Positions 41,676 to 49,836 of a stretch of DNA of 64,000 nucleotides are shown piece by piece. Within the stretch, counting starts at the first letter, position 1, and each line of letters opens with the position of its first letter. The stretch is from a virus (lineage: Duplodnaviria > Caudoviricetes), in IMG/VR virus record IMGVR_UViG_3300028048_000064, positions 85,925-149,924 of that record; one strand, given 5' to 3'. A program made the translations under genes and the position numbers. The notes below the pieces were generated by a model, which ran no database searches, had not been told where the DNA came from, and saw nothing but the letters and a program-made list of their open reading frames with translations.

Positions 41676-41908
41676 AATTCAGACCCGATGTTTTGCTGTG
41701 TCAGAGTAAATAAACAGTAGGTGGGATATGGTATGTCACCTTGATAGAAGAAACAGAGAGAAACTGTGCTAATATCAGAATAAACCATTAATACTAGTTA
41801 AGGGTAATGAGGTTTTGTAGGTAAGGAAACCGCCGCACTAAGTTTGGAAACAATAAATAAGAACTAAGTGAAATGGTAAGTTGGTTTATGGATTTCCAAC
41901 GTAAATTT

Positions 41909-41981
41909 AGCCCATTCATCTAGCGGCCTAGGATACATGCCTCTCACGCATGTCACAGCAGTTCAAATCTGCTATGGGTTA
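41909..41981 (+). tRNA. tRNA-Glu(CTC)
   Basis: CATGC-CTCTCAC-GCATG; full cloverleaf. Confidence 0.85.
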
Positions 41982-41992
41982 CAAATTATTTT

Positions 41993-42069
41993 GGGGGCGT
42001 AGTTCAGTTGGCTAGAACATCTGCTTTGCAAGCAGGGGGTCGTGGGTTCAAGTCCCACCGTCTCCACCA
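41993..42069 (+). tRNA. tRNA-Ala(TGC)
   Basis: TCTGC-TTTGCAA-GCAGG; encoded CCA. Confidence 0.92.
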
Positions 42070-42092
42070 ACTTGATTAACAAATGGTTATAC

Positions 42093-42166
42093 AGATGCTT
42101 AGTTCAGTTGATTAGAATATCGGTCTCCAAAATCGAGGGTCGGAGGTTTGAGTCCTTCAGCATCTG
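42093..42166 (+). tRNA. tRNA-Trp(CCA)
   Basis: TCGGT-CTCCAAA-ATCGA. Confidence 0.85.
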
Positions 42167-42172
42167 CAAAAA

Positions 42173-42245
42173 CGGGATATGAGGTTTAATGGTAGCCTGC
42201 GTGCTTTGGGAGCATGTCGAGTCAGTTCGAGTCTGGCTATCCCGA
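42173..42245 (+). tRNA. tRNA-Pro(TGG)
   Basis: CGTGC-TTTGGGA-GCATG. Confidence 0.85.
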
Positions 42246-42252
42246 CAAATAT

Positions 42253-42325
42253 GGTCGGTTCGACAAGTTGGTTAAGTCGTCGCCCTTTCAAGGCGGAGTC
42301 ACGGGTTCGAGTCCCGTACCGACTA
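42253..42325 (+). tRNA. tRNA-Glu(TTC)
   Basis: TCGCC-CTTTCAA-GGCGG. Confidence 0.9.
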
Positions 42326-42336
42326 CTTTCATTTTC

Positions 42337-42408
42337 GCCTCCTTGGGTGAGTGGCCGAGCCACCGGTCTGCAAAACCGGGTACCCCTGTTCGAGTCAGGG
42401 AGGAGGCT
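42337..42408 (+). tRNA. tRNA-Cys(GCA)
   Basis: CCGGT-CTGCAAA-ACCGG; U discriminator. Confidence 0.9.
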
Positions 42409-42423
42409 CATTAAATTATATTT

Positions 42424-42495
42424 GCCGGTGAAGCACAATGGTTGTGCAACTGATTTGTAATCAGTAGGCTGTGGGTTCGACCCCCATCACCGGCT
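42424..42495 (+). tRNA. tRNA-Thr(TGT)
   Basis: ACTGA-TTTGTAA-TCAGT. Confidence 0.88.
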
Positions 42496-42503
42496 CAAAG
42501 AAT

Positions 42504-42588
42504 GGCTTCATGGGGGAATTGGTAGACCCGGCAGACTTAAAATCTTCTGGCCAGTATGGCCGTCCGGGTTCGAGTCCCGGTGAAGCTA
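42504..42588 (+). tRNA. tRNA-Leu(TAA)
   Basis: AGA-CTTAAAA-TCT; long V arm. Confidence 0.85.
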
Positions 42589-42620
42589 CTGAATAATGGG
42601 TATTTAGCTCAGTGATAACT

Positions 42621-42694
42621 GTTGGCATAATTCAGTAGGTTAGAATGTCACGCTGATACCGTGAATGTGGGTGGTTCGAGTCCATCTGCCAACA
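42621..42694 (+). tRNA. tRNA-Ile(GAT)
   Basis: TCACG-CTGATAC-CGTGA. Confidence 0.85.
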
Positions 42695-42702
42695 CTTTTT
42701 AT

Positions 42703-42777
42703 AGTGCGTTAGTTCAGTAGGTTTAGAATGCCACACTGTCACTGTGGAGGTCGCCGGTTCGAATCCGGTACGCACTG
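42703..42777 (+). tRNA. tRNA-Asp(GTC)
   Basis: CCACA-CTGTCAC-TGTGG. Confidence 0.9.
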
Positions 42778-42796
42778 CTTATAATATTTAAATTTT

Positions 42797-43546
42797 ATGG
42801 AATATAATGTAGATGATATTAAAAAGTCAAAACCAAATCAAAGTTTTGAATTTATTTGTAAAAATTGTGGCTGTTCATTTTATCGTACAAAACGTGACAT
42901 TTCTAAAAATAAATATGAACTTCCAATGTTTTGTAGTTGTAAATGCAGAGGTGAATGGAAAAGTAAAAATCGTACCGTAAATGTTAAATGCAAATATTGT
43001 GGAAAAGAATTTAAAATTTTACTCAGTGATTATAATAGAAGCAAAACAAAACATTTTTTCTGTTGCCAATCTCATTCGGCATCGTATACTAACAGATATA
43101 GAAATAACGATAAAAAAATGAAAGATGTAGTATGGAAAGGTGGTAAACATAAAAAAGGATATAATGCTTGCCCTCGCTGTGGTAAACTAAAATCTTATAC
43201 CGCTGAATTATGCAGAAAATGTTGCATTGAGTTGAAACATGAAAAAATAAAATTAAAGACCCTTGGCTATTATATAGACGGACATAAATATTTGACTATT
43301 AAATGTAGTGAAATAAGAAAGGACGCTAGAAGAACAATTGAAAACAGTAATAAATTAAAACATTGCTGTTTTTGTGGAAACAATCATGAATTTGATGAGA
43401 TTCTTGACGTACATCATATAAAAGGCATATTAAAATTTCCTAGTTCTGCCACTATTGGTGAAATTAATAATATAGATAATTTAATGTGGGTTTGCCCTAG
43501 CCATCATAAGATGTTAGAGAAAGGTTTAATTACACTGACTCCGTAG
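42797..43546 (+). CDS. HNH homing endonuclease with multiple Zn fingers
   Basis: CKNCG, CKYCG, DVHHIKG...NNIDNLMWVCPSHH; stop codon lies inside tRNA-Lys. Confidence 0.85.
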   Translation: MEYNVDDIKKSKPNQSFEFICKNCGCSFYRTKRDISKNKYELPMFCSCKCRGEWKSKNRTVNVKCKYCGKEFKILLSDYNRSKTKHFFCCQSHSASYTNRYRNNDKKMKDVVWKGGKHKKGYNACPRCGKLKSYTAELCRKCCIELKHEKIKLKTLGYYIDGHKYLTIKCSEIRKDARRTIENSNKLKHCCFCGNNHEFDEILDVHHIKGILKFPSSATIGEINNIDNLMWVCPSHHKMLEKGLITLTP

Positions 43547-43609
43547 CTCAGTTGGTAGAGCACAACACTTTTAATGTTGGGGTCCCGGGTCCGAGTCCCG
43601 GCGGGGTCA
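43537..43609 (+). tRNA. tRNA-Lys(TTT)
   Basis: CAACA-CTTTTAA-TGTTG. Confidence 0.88.
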
Positions 43610-43621
43610 CTGAATTAATAT

Positions 43622-43694
43622 GGGACAGTTGGCCGAGTGGTTAGGTGCATGTTTGTGGCACATGTTTACGTTGGTTCGAACCCAACACTGCCCC
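43622..43694 (+). tRNA. tRNA-His(GTG)
   Basis: CATGT-TTGTGGC-ACATG; G-1:C73. Confidence 0.82.
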
Positions 43695-43701
43695 CATAAT
43701 T

Positions 43702-43774
43702 GCACCATTGGTGTTAGTGATTAGCATATCAGACTTCCAATCTGAAGGGGACAGTTTGAATCTGTTATGGTGCT
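43702..43774 (+). tRNA. tRNA-Gly(TCC)
   Basis: TCAGA-CTTCCAA-TCTGA. Confidence 0.82.
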
Positions 43775-43781
43775 CTAATTT

Positions 43782-43853
43782 GCAGTATTCGTATAGTGGT
43801 TATTACACCTGCTTGCCATGCAGGAGACGAAGTTTCGATTACTTTATACTGCT
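43782..43853 (+). tRNA. tRNA-Gly(GCC)
   Basis: CCTGC-TTGCCAT-GCAGG. Confidence 0.82.
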
Positions 43854-43974
43854 CTAATAATAGAAATTGACGATAGAGGTCTCAATGTTAAGTCCGGTAA
43901 CGGATAAAAGAAGTCTTGTTGGTTAAGGAAACCAGATTCCCTTGAAAGTACGTCCGTCAATTTTTTATATGAAC

Positions 43975-44158
43975 CTTGCAAGAAAACCCCATCCTTCAGG
44001 GTAGGGATGAATTGCAAAAAAATTCTTCGTAGGGGCATCTACGAATTGGCAAGCGGGAGTGAGACCATTGAGACTACGTGTCAAAGGGCATCCCACGCAA
44101 GCGTTGTTACACGAAGTGGCCAAGAATCCCTCAATCTTTAGGTGGGGGAGTATGTCAA
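43975..44158 (+). mobile_element. Non-autonomous IS200/IS605-type miniature element (left-end hairpin + omegaRNA-like right end), copy 1
   Basis: LE CCCCATCC-TTCA-GGGTAGGG; RE GAATCCC..TTTAGG..GGGGAGTATGTCAA; paralogous to 49837-50019. Confidence 0.75.
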
Positions 44159-44645
44159 GAACTAACAGAAGGAAACACCCGTATGTACTAGCGGGAGAAG
44201 TTACCGTAGGCAACCAATCTGAGGTTGAGATACATATCCGATTTGTATTGTAATTGGAGGTGGTTATTCATTAGTATGGATGTGTAGGATTAGAGTTGTA
44301 CGGGATAGTGGAATGTATGTTTTTAAGTATAAGTTGAAATTAATTCAGCAATGTTGATGCAATGAAGATTATCATTGAAATCTGAGTTTATGCAGCGGTG
44401 GCCATGTAATTGCATCAGTAGTGAGTCAAACGACACTATGGTCAAATTGTTGAATTTACTTGCAAGGATTTCGACTTTTTTTGATATGGTTTTACTCTGA
44501 CTTCGAGTACTGGCAATTCGGCAGAAAGCATTTATATGTTGTTAGATGCTATAGAGTGATAATGGTGGGAGTCCATGATGTCGTTTTGTGTTATCTACTG
44601 CTTGGAGAACTCTAATTAAAACTATTTTTGCTTTATTATATAAAT

Positions 44646-45038
44646 GAAAACATAAGCCTAATTGGTAAGGCAGTGGTCTTGAATTTAATTCGAGTGCTAT
44701 GGCGAGAAATCCCATAGTAGAATCTCCCTAAAACGGCGGAAGTCCTCAGAAGTGGGCATAAGTTGTGTGAGATATGTACATTCACACCACCTAAACAATA
44801 ATGGTGGAGGATAATACCGTGCTAAATTGAGAGACTATACCTTCAAATAACTTTGATGTTCATAAGGTTAAGTTTGGGTAAACAAGTTAGCCTCATAAAA
44901 GTGTCGAGAGTATATAGGAGATACCTAAGTTGAAATTTATAATGAAACCTAGAAGTGCGAACATCCAAGAAAGGTCAGTAGCTCGGTTGATTTATATCTC
45001 ATGAGAATTTTAATATGGTAAAAATAAACTGTCTTCCA
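44646..45038 (+). pseudogene. tRNA (Ser-like body) pseudogene with truncated group I intron after U34
   Basis: 5' exon GAAAACATAAGCCTAATTGGTAAGGCAGTGGTCTT; P1 CTTGAA/TTCGAG with U-G; P3 ATCTCC/GGAGAT; P4; R-like GTCGAGAGTATA; only acceptor 3' strand TGTCTTC remains. Confidence 0.6.
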
Positions 45039-45046
45039 TTTATAAT

Positions 45047-45130
45047 GGCGGGTTGCCGGAACGGTAACGGGCCTGACTTGAAATCAGAGGCATCCTTCGG
45101 GGTGAGTGGGTTCGACTCCTACACCCGCCG
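45047..45130 (+). tRNA. tRNA-Ser(TGA)
   Basis: CTGA-CTTGAAA-TCAG; long V arm with TTCG loop. Confidence 0.85.
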
Positions 45131-45220
45131 CACATACTTTATTTTTTCTAAAAAAAAAACGTTCGAAATTTTGTTTTTCCGCTATTTATTAGTATATTTA
45201 CAATATACATAAATAACAAA

Positions 45221-46117
45221 ATGAGAAAACGTAATATTATAGACATTAGTACAGAGGAAAAGAAAAAAGAAGTTTACGATATTTTAAATTCGTTATCAAG
45301 TAAAAATCAAATTCATGAGTATTTTGGTATATCAGATAATAAATGTGGTTCTGATTATGTTAAACAAATTGCTTCAAAAATTGGATTTGATTTAAACATT
45401 TATAAAGAAAGAAAAAAGAAACCTATTAAATATTGTAAGCAATGTGGTAATGAAATCACAAGTAAAACAGCAAATGAATTTTGTTGTAGTTCTTGTGCCG
45501 CAACGTACAATAATGAACACCGTTCAAAAGATGTTTATGAAAATATTGGTAACAAATTAAGAAAACATCCTAAAAAGGTATGTAAAGAAAAATATTGCGA
45601 AATATGTGGTAAAAAATTAGAAGGCCATCAGCATAAATATTGCTCTGAGAGTTGTAGGAATCGAAACAAATATTTAACGCAAGGACAAGAATTTATTTGT
45701 CAAGAATGTGGTAAAATATTTAAAAGTAGAAATCCAAATAGGAAGTTTTGTTCAAATGAATGTTGTGCTAAACATAGAGGTAAAGAAACTATTGACAAGT
45801 GGATTAAAGGCGAATATTTTTTAGACCCAAATTCAAAATTACCTAAATATATAAGATTGTTTCTTTATGAAAGAGCACATTATAAATGTGAAGAATGTGG
45901 CTTTGAAGGTTATAATAAGAGAACAAATAATACTATTTTACAAATTCATCATATAGACGGAAATTGTGGTAATAACTGTAGAGAAAATCTGAAAGTTTTA
46001 TGCCCTAATTGCCACGCTATGACTGAAAATTATATGGCACTCAATAAAGGAAAAAGTGCAAGGTCTAAAAGATATAAAGGAGAGAGCAACCAACAAGGAG
46101 TTGGGTCTGACTGCTAA
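45221..46117 (+). CDS. HNH homing endonuclease with Zn-finger repeats
   Basis: CxxCG..FCS..C repeats; LQIHHIDGN..NN...NLKVLCPNCH; 3' end overlaps tRNA-Ser(GCT). Confidence 0.88.
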   Translation: MRKRNIIDISTEEKKKEVYDILNSLSSKNQIHEYFGISDNKCGSDYVKQIASKIGFDLNIYKERKKKPIKYCKQCGNEITSKTANEFCCSSCAATYNNEHRSKDVYENIGNKLRKHPKKVCKEKYCEICGKKLEGHQHKYCSESCRNRNKYLTQGQEFICQECGKIFKSRNPNRKFCSNECCAKHRGKETIDKWIKGEYFLDPNSKLPKYIRLFLYERAHYKCEECGFEGYNKRTNNTILQIHHIDGNCGNNCRENLKVLCPNCHAMTENYMALNKGKSARSKRYKGESNQQGVGSDC

Positions 46118-46164
46118 TCAGAACGTGCTATTTGTGGCATAGGTATCGTAAACCTGCCTCTCCG
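46079..46164 (+). tRNA. tRNA-Ser(GCT), atypical D/T loops
   Basis: TCTGA-CTGCTAA-TCAGA; acceptor GGAGAG/CTCTCC, G discriminator. Confidence 0.7.
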
Positions 46165-46197
46165 CAGAGTTTAACATTAAAGCAGAAAGGAAAAATT

Positions 46198-46866
46198 ATG
46201 GAAAACAGTAAATACCCAAGAACGTTTCACGTCCCGTTCTCAGAAGGGTTACAGAATGATGACAGACGTGTTGATGACGATTGGTTTTCCTATTTGAAAG
46301 GAAAGGAACTGATTCTTAGCGAAAAATTAGACGGTGAAAACAGTTCTATATCTCGTTATGGTGTATTTGCTCGTTCTCATGCAGCACCTACAAGGAATCC
46401 TTGGTCAATAAACCTATGGGGAAATGACGGCCTTTATTGGAGAATTAAGGATTTGATTGGTGAAGATGAAATGATTTACGGTGAGAACTTATATGGTGTT
46501 CATTCGATTGAATATAATAGGTTGAAAGAATATTTCCATATGTTTGCCGTAAGGGATGAAGAGAAATGGTATTCTTGGGATGATGTTTCAGAAATGGCAC
46601 AGATTCTTGATTTGCCGACTGTTCCTGTATTGGAAAGACGTTCATTTGACACAGAAGATGAATTAAAGGAACACGTATTGTATTGGATGACGCAAGGCAG
46701 TAGGTATGGTGATACTATTGAGGGTGTTGTTATCCGTAATGTTGATAGTTATCCGATTGATGAGTTTTGTCATAATGTCGTGAAGTATGTACGTAAGAAT
46801 CATGTGCAAACTGACCAATTTTGGGCAAAAAATTGGAGAAAAGCGAAAATAACAGAATATTATTAA
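46198..46866 (+). CDS. ATP-dependent RNA ligase (Rnl2-like nucleotidyltransferase)
   Basis: KYPRTFH, motif I SEKLDGEN, III IYGEN, IV EGVVIR, V KYVR. Confidence 0.85.
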   Translation: MENSKYPRTFHVPFSEGLQNDDRRVDDDWFSYLKGKELILSEKLDGENSSISRYGVFARSHAAPTRNPWSINLWGNDGLYWRIKDLIGEDEMIYGENLYGVHSIEYNRLKEYFHMFAVRDEEKWYSWDDVSEMAQILDLPTVPVLERRSFDTEDELKEHVLYWMTQGSRYGDTIEGVVIRNVDSYPIDEFCHNVVKYVRKNHVQTDQFWAKNWRKAKITEYY

Positions 46867-46976
46867 TAACTTTTAACAAAAAATATTTGTAGATTCTTTG
46901 CACTGTCAAACGATGACAAAGTGTTCTTTTTATATATTTATATAATAAGAAAGGAGAAATAGAAAACACATCAAAG

Positions 46977-47444
46977 ATGATTATTGGTTCATATAATAGC
47001 ATGAGTTATCTTCAACCAGCAAATAAATGGTTGAAATATATTAACAAGTGGTTTATAAGGTATCAAGAAAAGACAATTGAGCAACAATATGCCGAAGGTA
47101 TAAGACTATTTGACATAAGGCTATTTGTTAACAAATATGGCAAGTTATGCTTTAAATGTCGTTTTGTTGAATATATTATATTCAGTTTATATGGTGTGTT
47201 TAATTTCCTTAATAAACAAGGTGATTGCTACGTAAGATTAACACTTGAAGAAACACTTGTTGATGCCGGTAGTAATAATATAAAGAATGTTGAGGAAAAA
47301 TTCATATGGGCTTGCAAATCATTACCAGAGATTTATCCAAATATTAAATTCTTTGGTGGAAAAAGAGAATTTGATGGAAAATTGCTGTATGAATTTAAAA
47401 ATGAATTGAAAGATTATGAATATAGACTTTTAACGTTTATATAG
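46977..47444 (+). CDS. PI-PLC X-box-like protein, probably catalytically altered
   Basis: GSYNSMSY (usual His replaced by Tyr), QEKTIEQQYAEGIRLFDIR. Confidence 0.6.
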   Translation: MIIGSYNSMSYLQPANKWLKYINKWFIRYQEKTIEQQYAEGIRLFDIRLFVNKYGKLCFKCRFVEYIIFSLYGVFNFLNKQGDCYVRLTLEETLVDAGSNNIKNVEEKFIWACKSLPEIYPNIKFFGGKREFDGKLLYEFKNELKDYEYRLLTFI

Positions 47445-47777
47445 AAAGACAAAAATGGAGAGTAAGGTGGCGCACTCCGCCGGAATAAAACGTCACGCTT
47501 ATAAGTCTGAAATTTTAAATACATATTAGGGTACAGAAATGACCGGGCGTAGATTTCAGTCTAAGTTCGTAGGAGGACTTCGAAATTGTATTTATTCTTC
47601 GAAGAATTTCAGATTTTTAGAAAATAGTTAGGAGATGCACCTAATGACTCAAGCATGCTGATATTTTGTTATGGTGACTTGCAAGATTTCTTAACTATTT
47701 TTGTTTTTGGAAAGTGAAAATAACAGAATTTTATTAGTTTTAAGTTATGGAGGAATTAAAAGACTAAGTAATGGTAT

Positions 47778-47851
47778 TGGGGTGTCGTATAGTCCGGTTA
47801 GTACACATGACTTTGACTCATGTAGCACCAGTTCAAATCTGGTCGCCCCAA
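47778..47851 (+). tRNA. tRNA-Gln(TTG)
   Basis: CATGA-CTTTGAC-TCATG. Confidence 0.88.
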
Positions 47852-47857
47852 CTATTT

Positions 47858-47931
47858 TAGAGATTGGTGTAAAATTGGTAACACGTGACACTCTGGATGT
47901 TAAGTTATCAGTCCGAGTCTGGTATCTCCAA
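47858..47931 (+). tRNA. tRNA-Gln(CTG)
   Basis: TGACA-CTCTGGA-TGTTA; one acceptor mismatch. Confidence 0.72.
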
Positions 47932-47938
47932 CTAATTT

Positions 47939-48022
47939 GGCTTCATGGTGGAATTGGTAGACACGAATGTCTCAAAAGCATTTGTCCGAGAGGATGTAAG
48001 GGTTCAAGTCCCTTTGAAGCCA
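47939..48022 (+). tRNA. tRNA-Leu(CAA)
   Basis: AATGT-CTCAAAA-GCATT; long V arm. Confidence 0.88.
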
Positions 48023-48024
48023 CT

Positions 48025-48149
48025 AAGCAAATAGTCATTTAATGGCAAGAACGGGGCGCATGGAGGAATATTGATGGAAACCATTGATACACAGTTAATG
48101 TGATGTTGCCAATCGGTGATGTTGGGTTCGATTCCTGACCTATTTGTTT
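48025..48149 (+). ncRNA. tRNA-like RNA with anticodon arm replaced by ~65 nt
   Basis: Acceptor-like AAGCAAATAG/CTATTTGTTT, D loop TTTAATGGCAA, T arm GTTGGG-TTCGATT-CCTGAC. Confidence 0.55.
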
Positions 48150-48209
48150 AATTTTAGTATTGAAAAACTGTTAAACTATATTTATATTAATATTTAAAGT
48201 TTAATTGTT

Positions 48210-48542
48210 ATGAGTTCAATATTAGATGAATATAAGAGATACACGGATGACAGTTTACTAACAGAGGAAGAAAAAGCCAAAGTTAGGGAGTTAGTAAATG
48301 ACTATGAGGCCTTAAATATGGATTTATTTATCCGTAAGATTGGTGGAATGGAACGTATTGAGGAAATGAAACGAATTAATGACGTTGCCGATGGCATGTA
48401 TGTTGTTGGCGGCAAGGTTGTGCATAAATCAAGGCCAAATAGTAATGCTTCTATTTCAAATAGACAGGAAGACCTGGATGAGTGGAAAAAAGGCTTCATG
48501 GAAGGTTTTGAGGAAGCATACAAGAGACTGAATATGAGATAA
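48210..48542 (+). CDS. Hypothetical protein
   Basis: 110-aa ORF preceded by TATTTAT. Confidence 0.55.
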   Translation: MSSILDEYKRYTDDSLLTEEEKAKVRELVNDYEALNMDLFIRKIGGMERIEEMKRINDVADGMYVVGGKVVHKSRPNSNASISNRQEDLDEWKKGFMEGFEEAYKRLNMR

Positions 48543-48558
48543 ATAATTTTTTATATAT

Positions 48559-48957
48559 GGGGATAACAGGCATTTGACAGCAAGTATGAAATGGTCTGTA
48601 AGCATGCAGTGTGAAGACTATTACACTTAAATCAATTTGGTCGAACAATTAATTGGCGAAACAACTTACGCTCTCGCTGCCTAATCGAAGTACAGTAGGT
48701 TACTGGCTTAATTCCCTTACAAGGTGAGGGAACGAGACATCACTTAATGAGTTATTTTCTGAGACTTGTTAGTATAGTGGTGCAGGAAAATCAGAAATAG
48801 TTGGTCTATGCCTTGATGGATTGATGAAAATTAAAAGGATAAGAATGCAATTTGGTAGTTCAAGTCGTGTTGCATTATGAAAATCAAAATTGAACTAAGC
48901 ATGTAGAAAATAGATGGTTTCCTTGTTTGGACGAGGTTTCGATTACCTCTATCTCCA
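48559..48957 (+). ncRNA. ssrA: tmRNA
   Basis: 5' GGGGATAACAGGCATTTGAC, 3' GGACGAGGTTTCGATTACCTCTATCTCCA, tag ORF 48655-48684 GETTYALAA*. Confidence 0.93.
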
Positions 48958-48968
48958 CAAATTAGGAT

Positions 48969-49054
48969 GCCGTTGTACCCGAACTGGTATAGGGGACAGT
49001 CTAAGGAACTGTTGCAACGGAAGTTGCGTGAGGGTTCGACTCCCTCCAACGGCA
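48969..49054 (+). tRNA. tRNA-Leu(AAG)
   Basis: ACAGT-CTAAGGA-ACTGT; long V arm; A discriminator. Confidence 0.82.
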
Positions 49055-49064
49055 CAAACATGAT

Positions 49065-49138
49065 GCCCCCATAGCTCAGTTGAATAGAGCACGATACTTC
49101 TAATATCGGGGTCACAGGTTTGAATCCTGTTGGGGGTA
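49065..49138 (+). tRNA. tRNA-Arg(TCT)
   Basis: CGATA-CTTCTAA-TATCG. Confidence 0.9.
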
Positions 49139-49177
49139 CAAAATTTTCTTGAAATTTACAATTTTTAACAAAAAATA

Positions 49178-49209
49178 TTTGGTAGTTTCAAAAATAATTA
49201 GTATCTTTG
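49178..49209 (+). promoter_or_regulatory. Bacteroidota-type promoter heading the Y-RNA-like array
   Basis: TTTG-N20-TATCTTTG. Confidence 0.75.
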
Positions 49210-49269
49210 CAACCGAATTAATGAAGAAAGCGTTCTTTAATATATTTATAATGTAGAAAACAAAAAAAT

Positions 49270-49353
49270 ACGAATAGTGATGTGAGAGTTACTTCGATAC
49301 AATATAATGTGGATATTTTCAATCAAAACTCACTCTCGCTGTTTTTCTTTCGT
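49270..49353 (+). ncRNA. Y-RNA-like unit 1 (stem only, no tRNA module)
   Basis: TAGTGA-TGTGAGA-GTTACTTCGA ... ACTCTCGC..TTTTCTTTCG. Confidence 0.55.
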
Positions 49354-49371
49354 TATTTTTTTAAAATATAA

Positions 49372-49516
49372 GTTGGTAGTGAAGTTAAGGGTTACTTCGA
49401 TTAATTATTGGTTCGAATCCAATAGATTCCGTTTTGGGAATTTTGGCGAAATGGTATACGCGAAACACTTGAAATGTTTTTTAGACAGAAACTCACCCTT
49501 GCTGTGATTCTCCAAT
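49372..49516 (+). ncRNA. Y-RNA-like unit 2, YrlA-type circularly permuted tRNA module
   Basis: Conserved stem encloses T arm (TATTGG-TTCGAAT-CCAATA), loop-closed acceptor (GATTCC/GGAATT), D arm and anticodon-like arm, in that order. Confidence 0.7.
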
Positions 49517-49525
49517 TTTTTATAC

Positions 49526-49665
49526 GGGCGTAAAGTTTAGAAAAAAGAAATTTACTGAAGGTATTTTCTTTGATTTTTCAATAGTGAACTTTACAGTTAC
49601 TTCGAATAGGTTAAAACGTTATCATGTCAAGATAAAGATTCTTGGTTCGACTCCAAGTACGCCCG
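49526..49665 (+). ncRNA. Y-RNA-like unit 3: tRNA-Asp(GTC) with the Y stem inserted (strand-swapped) in its D loop
   Basis: Acceptor GGGCGTA/TACGCCC-G, TTATC-ATGTCAA-GATAA; insert ~49541-49606 carries TAGTGA..GTTACTTCGA. Confidence 0.65.
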
Positions 49666-49670
49666 CAAAC

Positions 49671-49803
49671 AACAAGTAGTGACAGAAGAGTTACTTCGAT
49701 TTTTTAGCTAAGTAGGTTATAGCGCAATTCTGTTAAAATTGATGTCCGAGGTTCGAGTCCTCGAAGAATCTATTTTGTAATACTCTTCTAATTTTCTCTT
49801 GTT
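49671..49803 (+). ncRNA. Y-RNA-like unit 4 enclosing a complete tRNA-Asn(GTT)-like cloverleaf (49698-49771)
   Basis: AACAAG..AGAAGAGT / ACTCTTCT..CTTGTT stem; CAATT-CTGTTAA-AATTG. Confidence 0.7.
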
Positions 49804-49836
49804 TTTCTTTTGAAAGTAGTATATATTTATATACGT

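Noticed and set aside
42598-42618. Additional tRNA starting GGGTATTTAGCTCAGTG
   Set aside because: Only a ~20-nt 5' fragment; no anticodon or T arm
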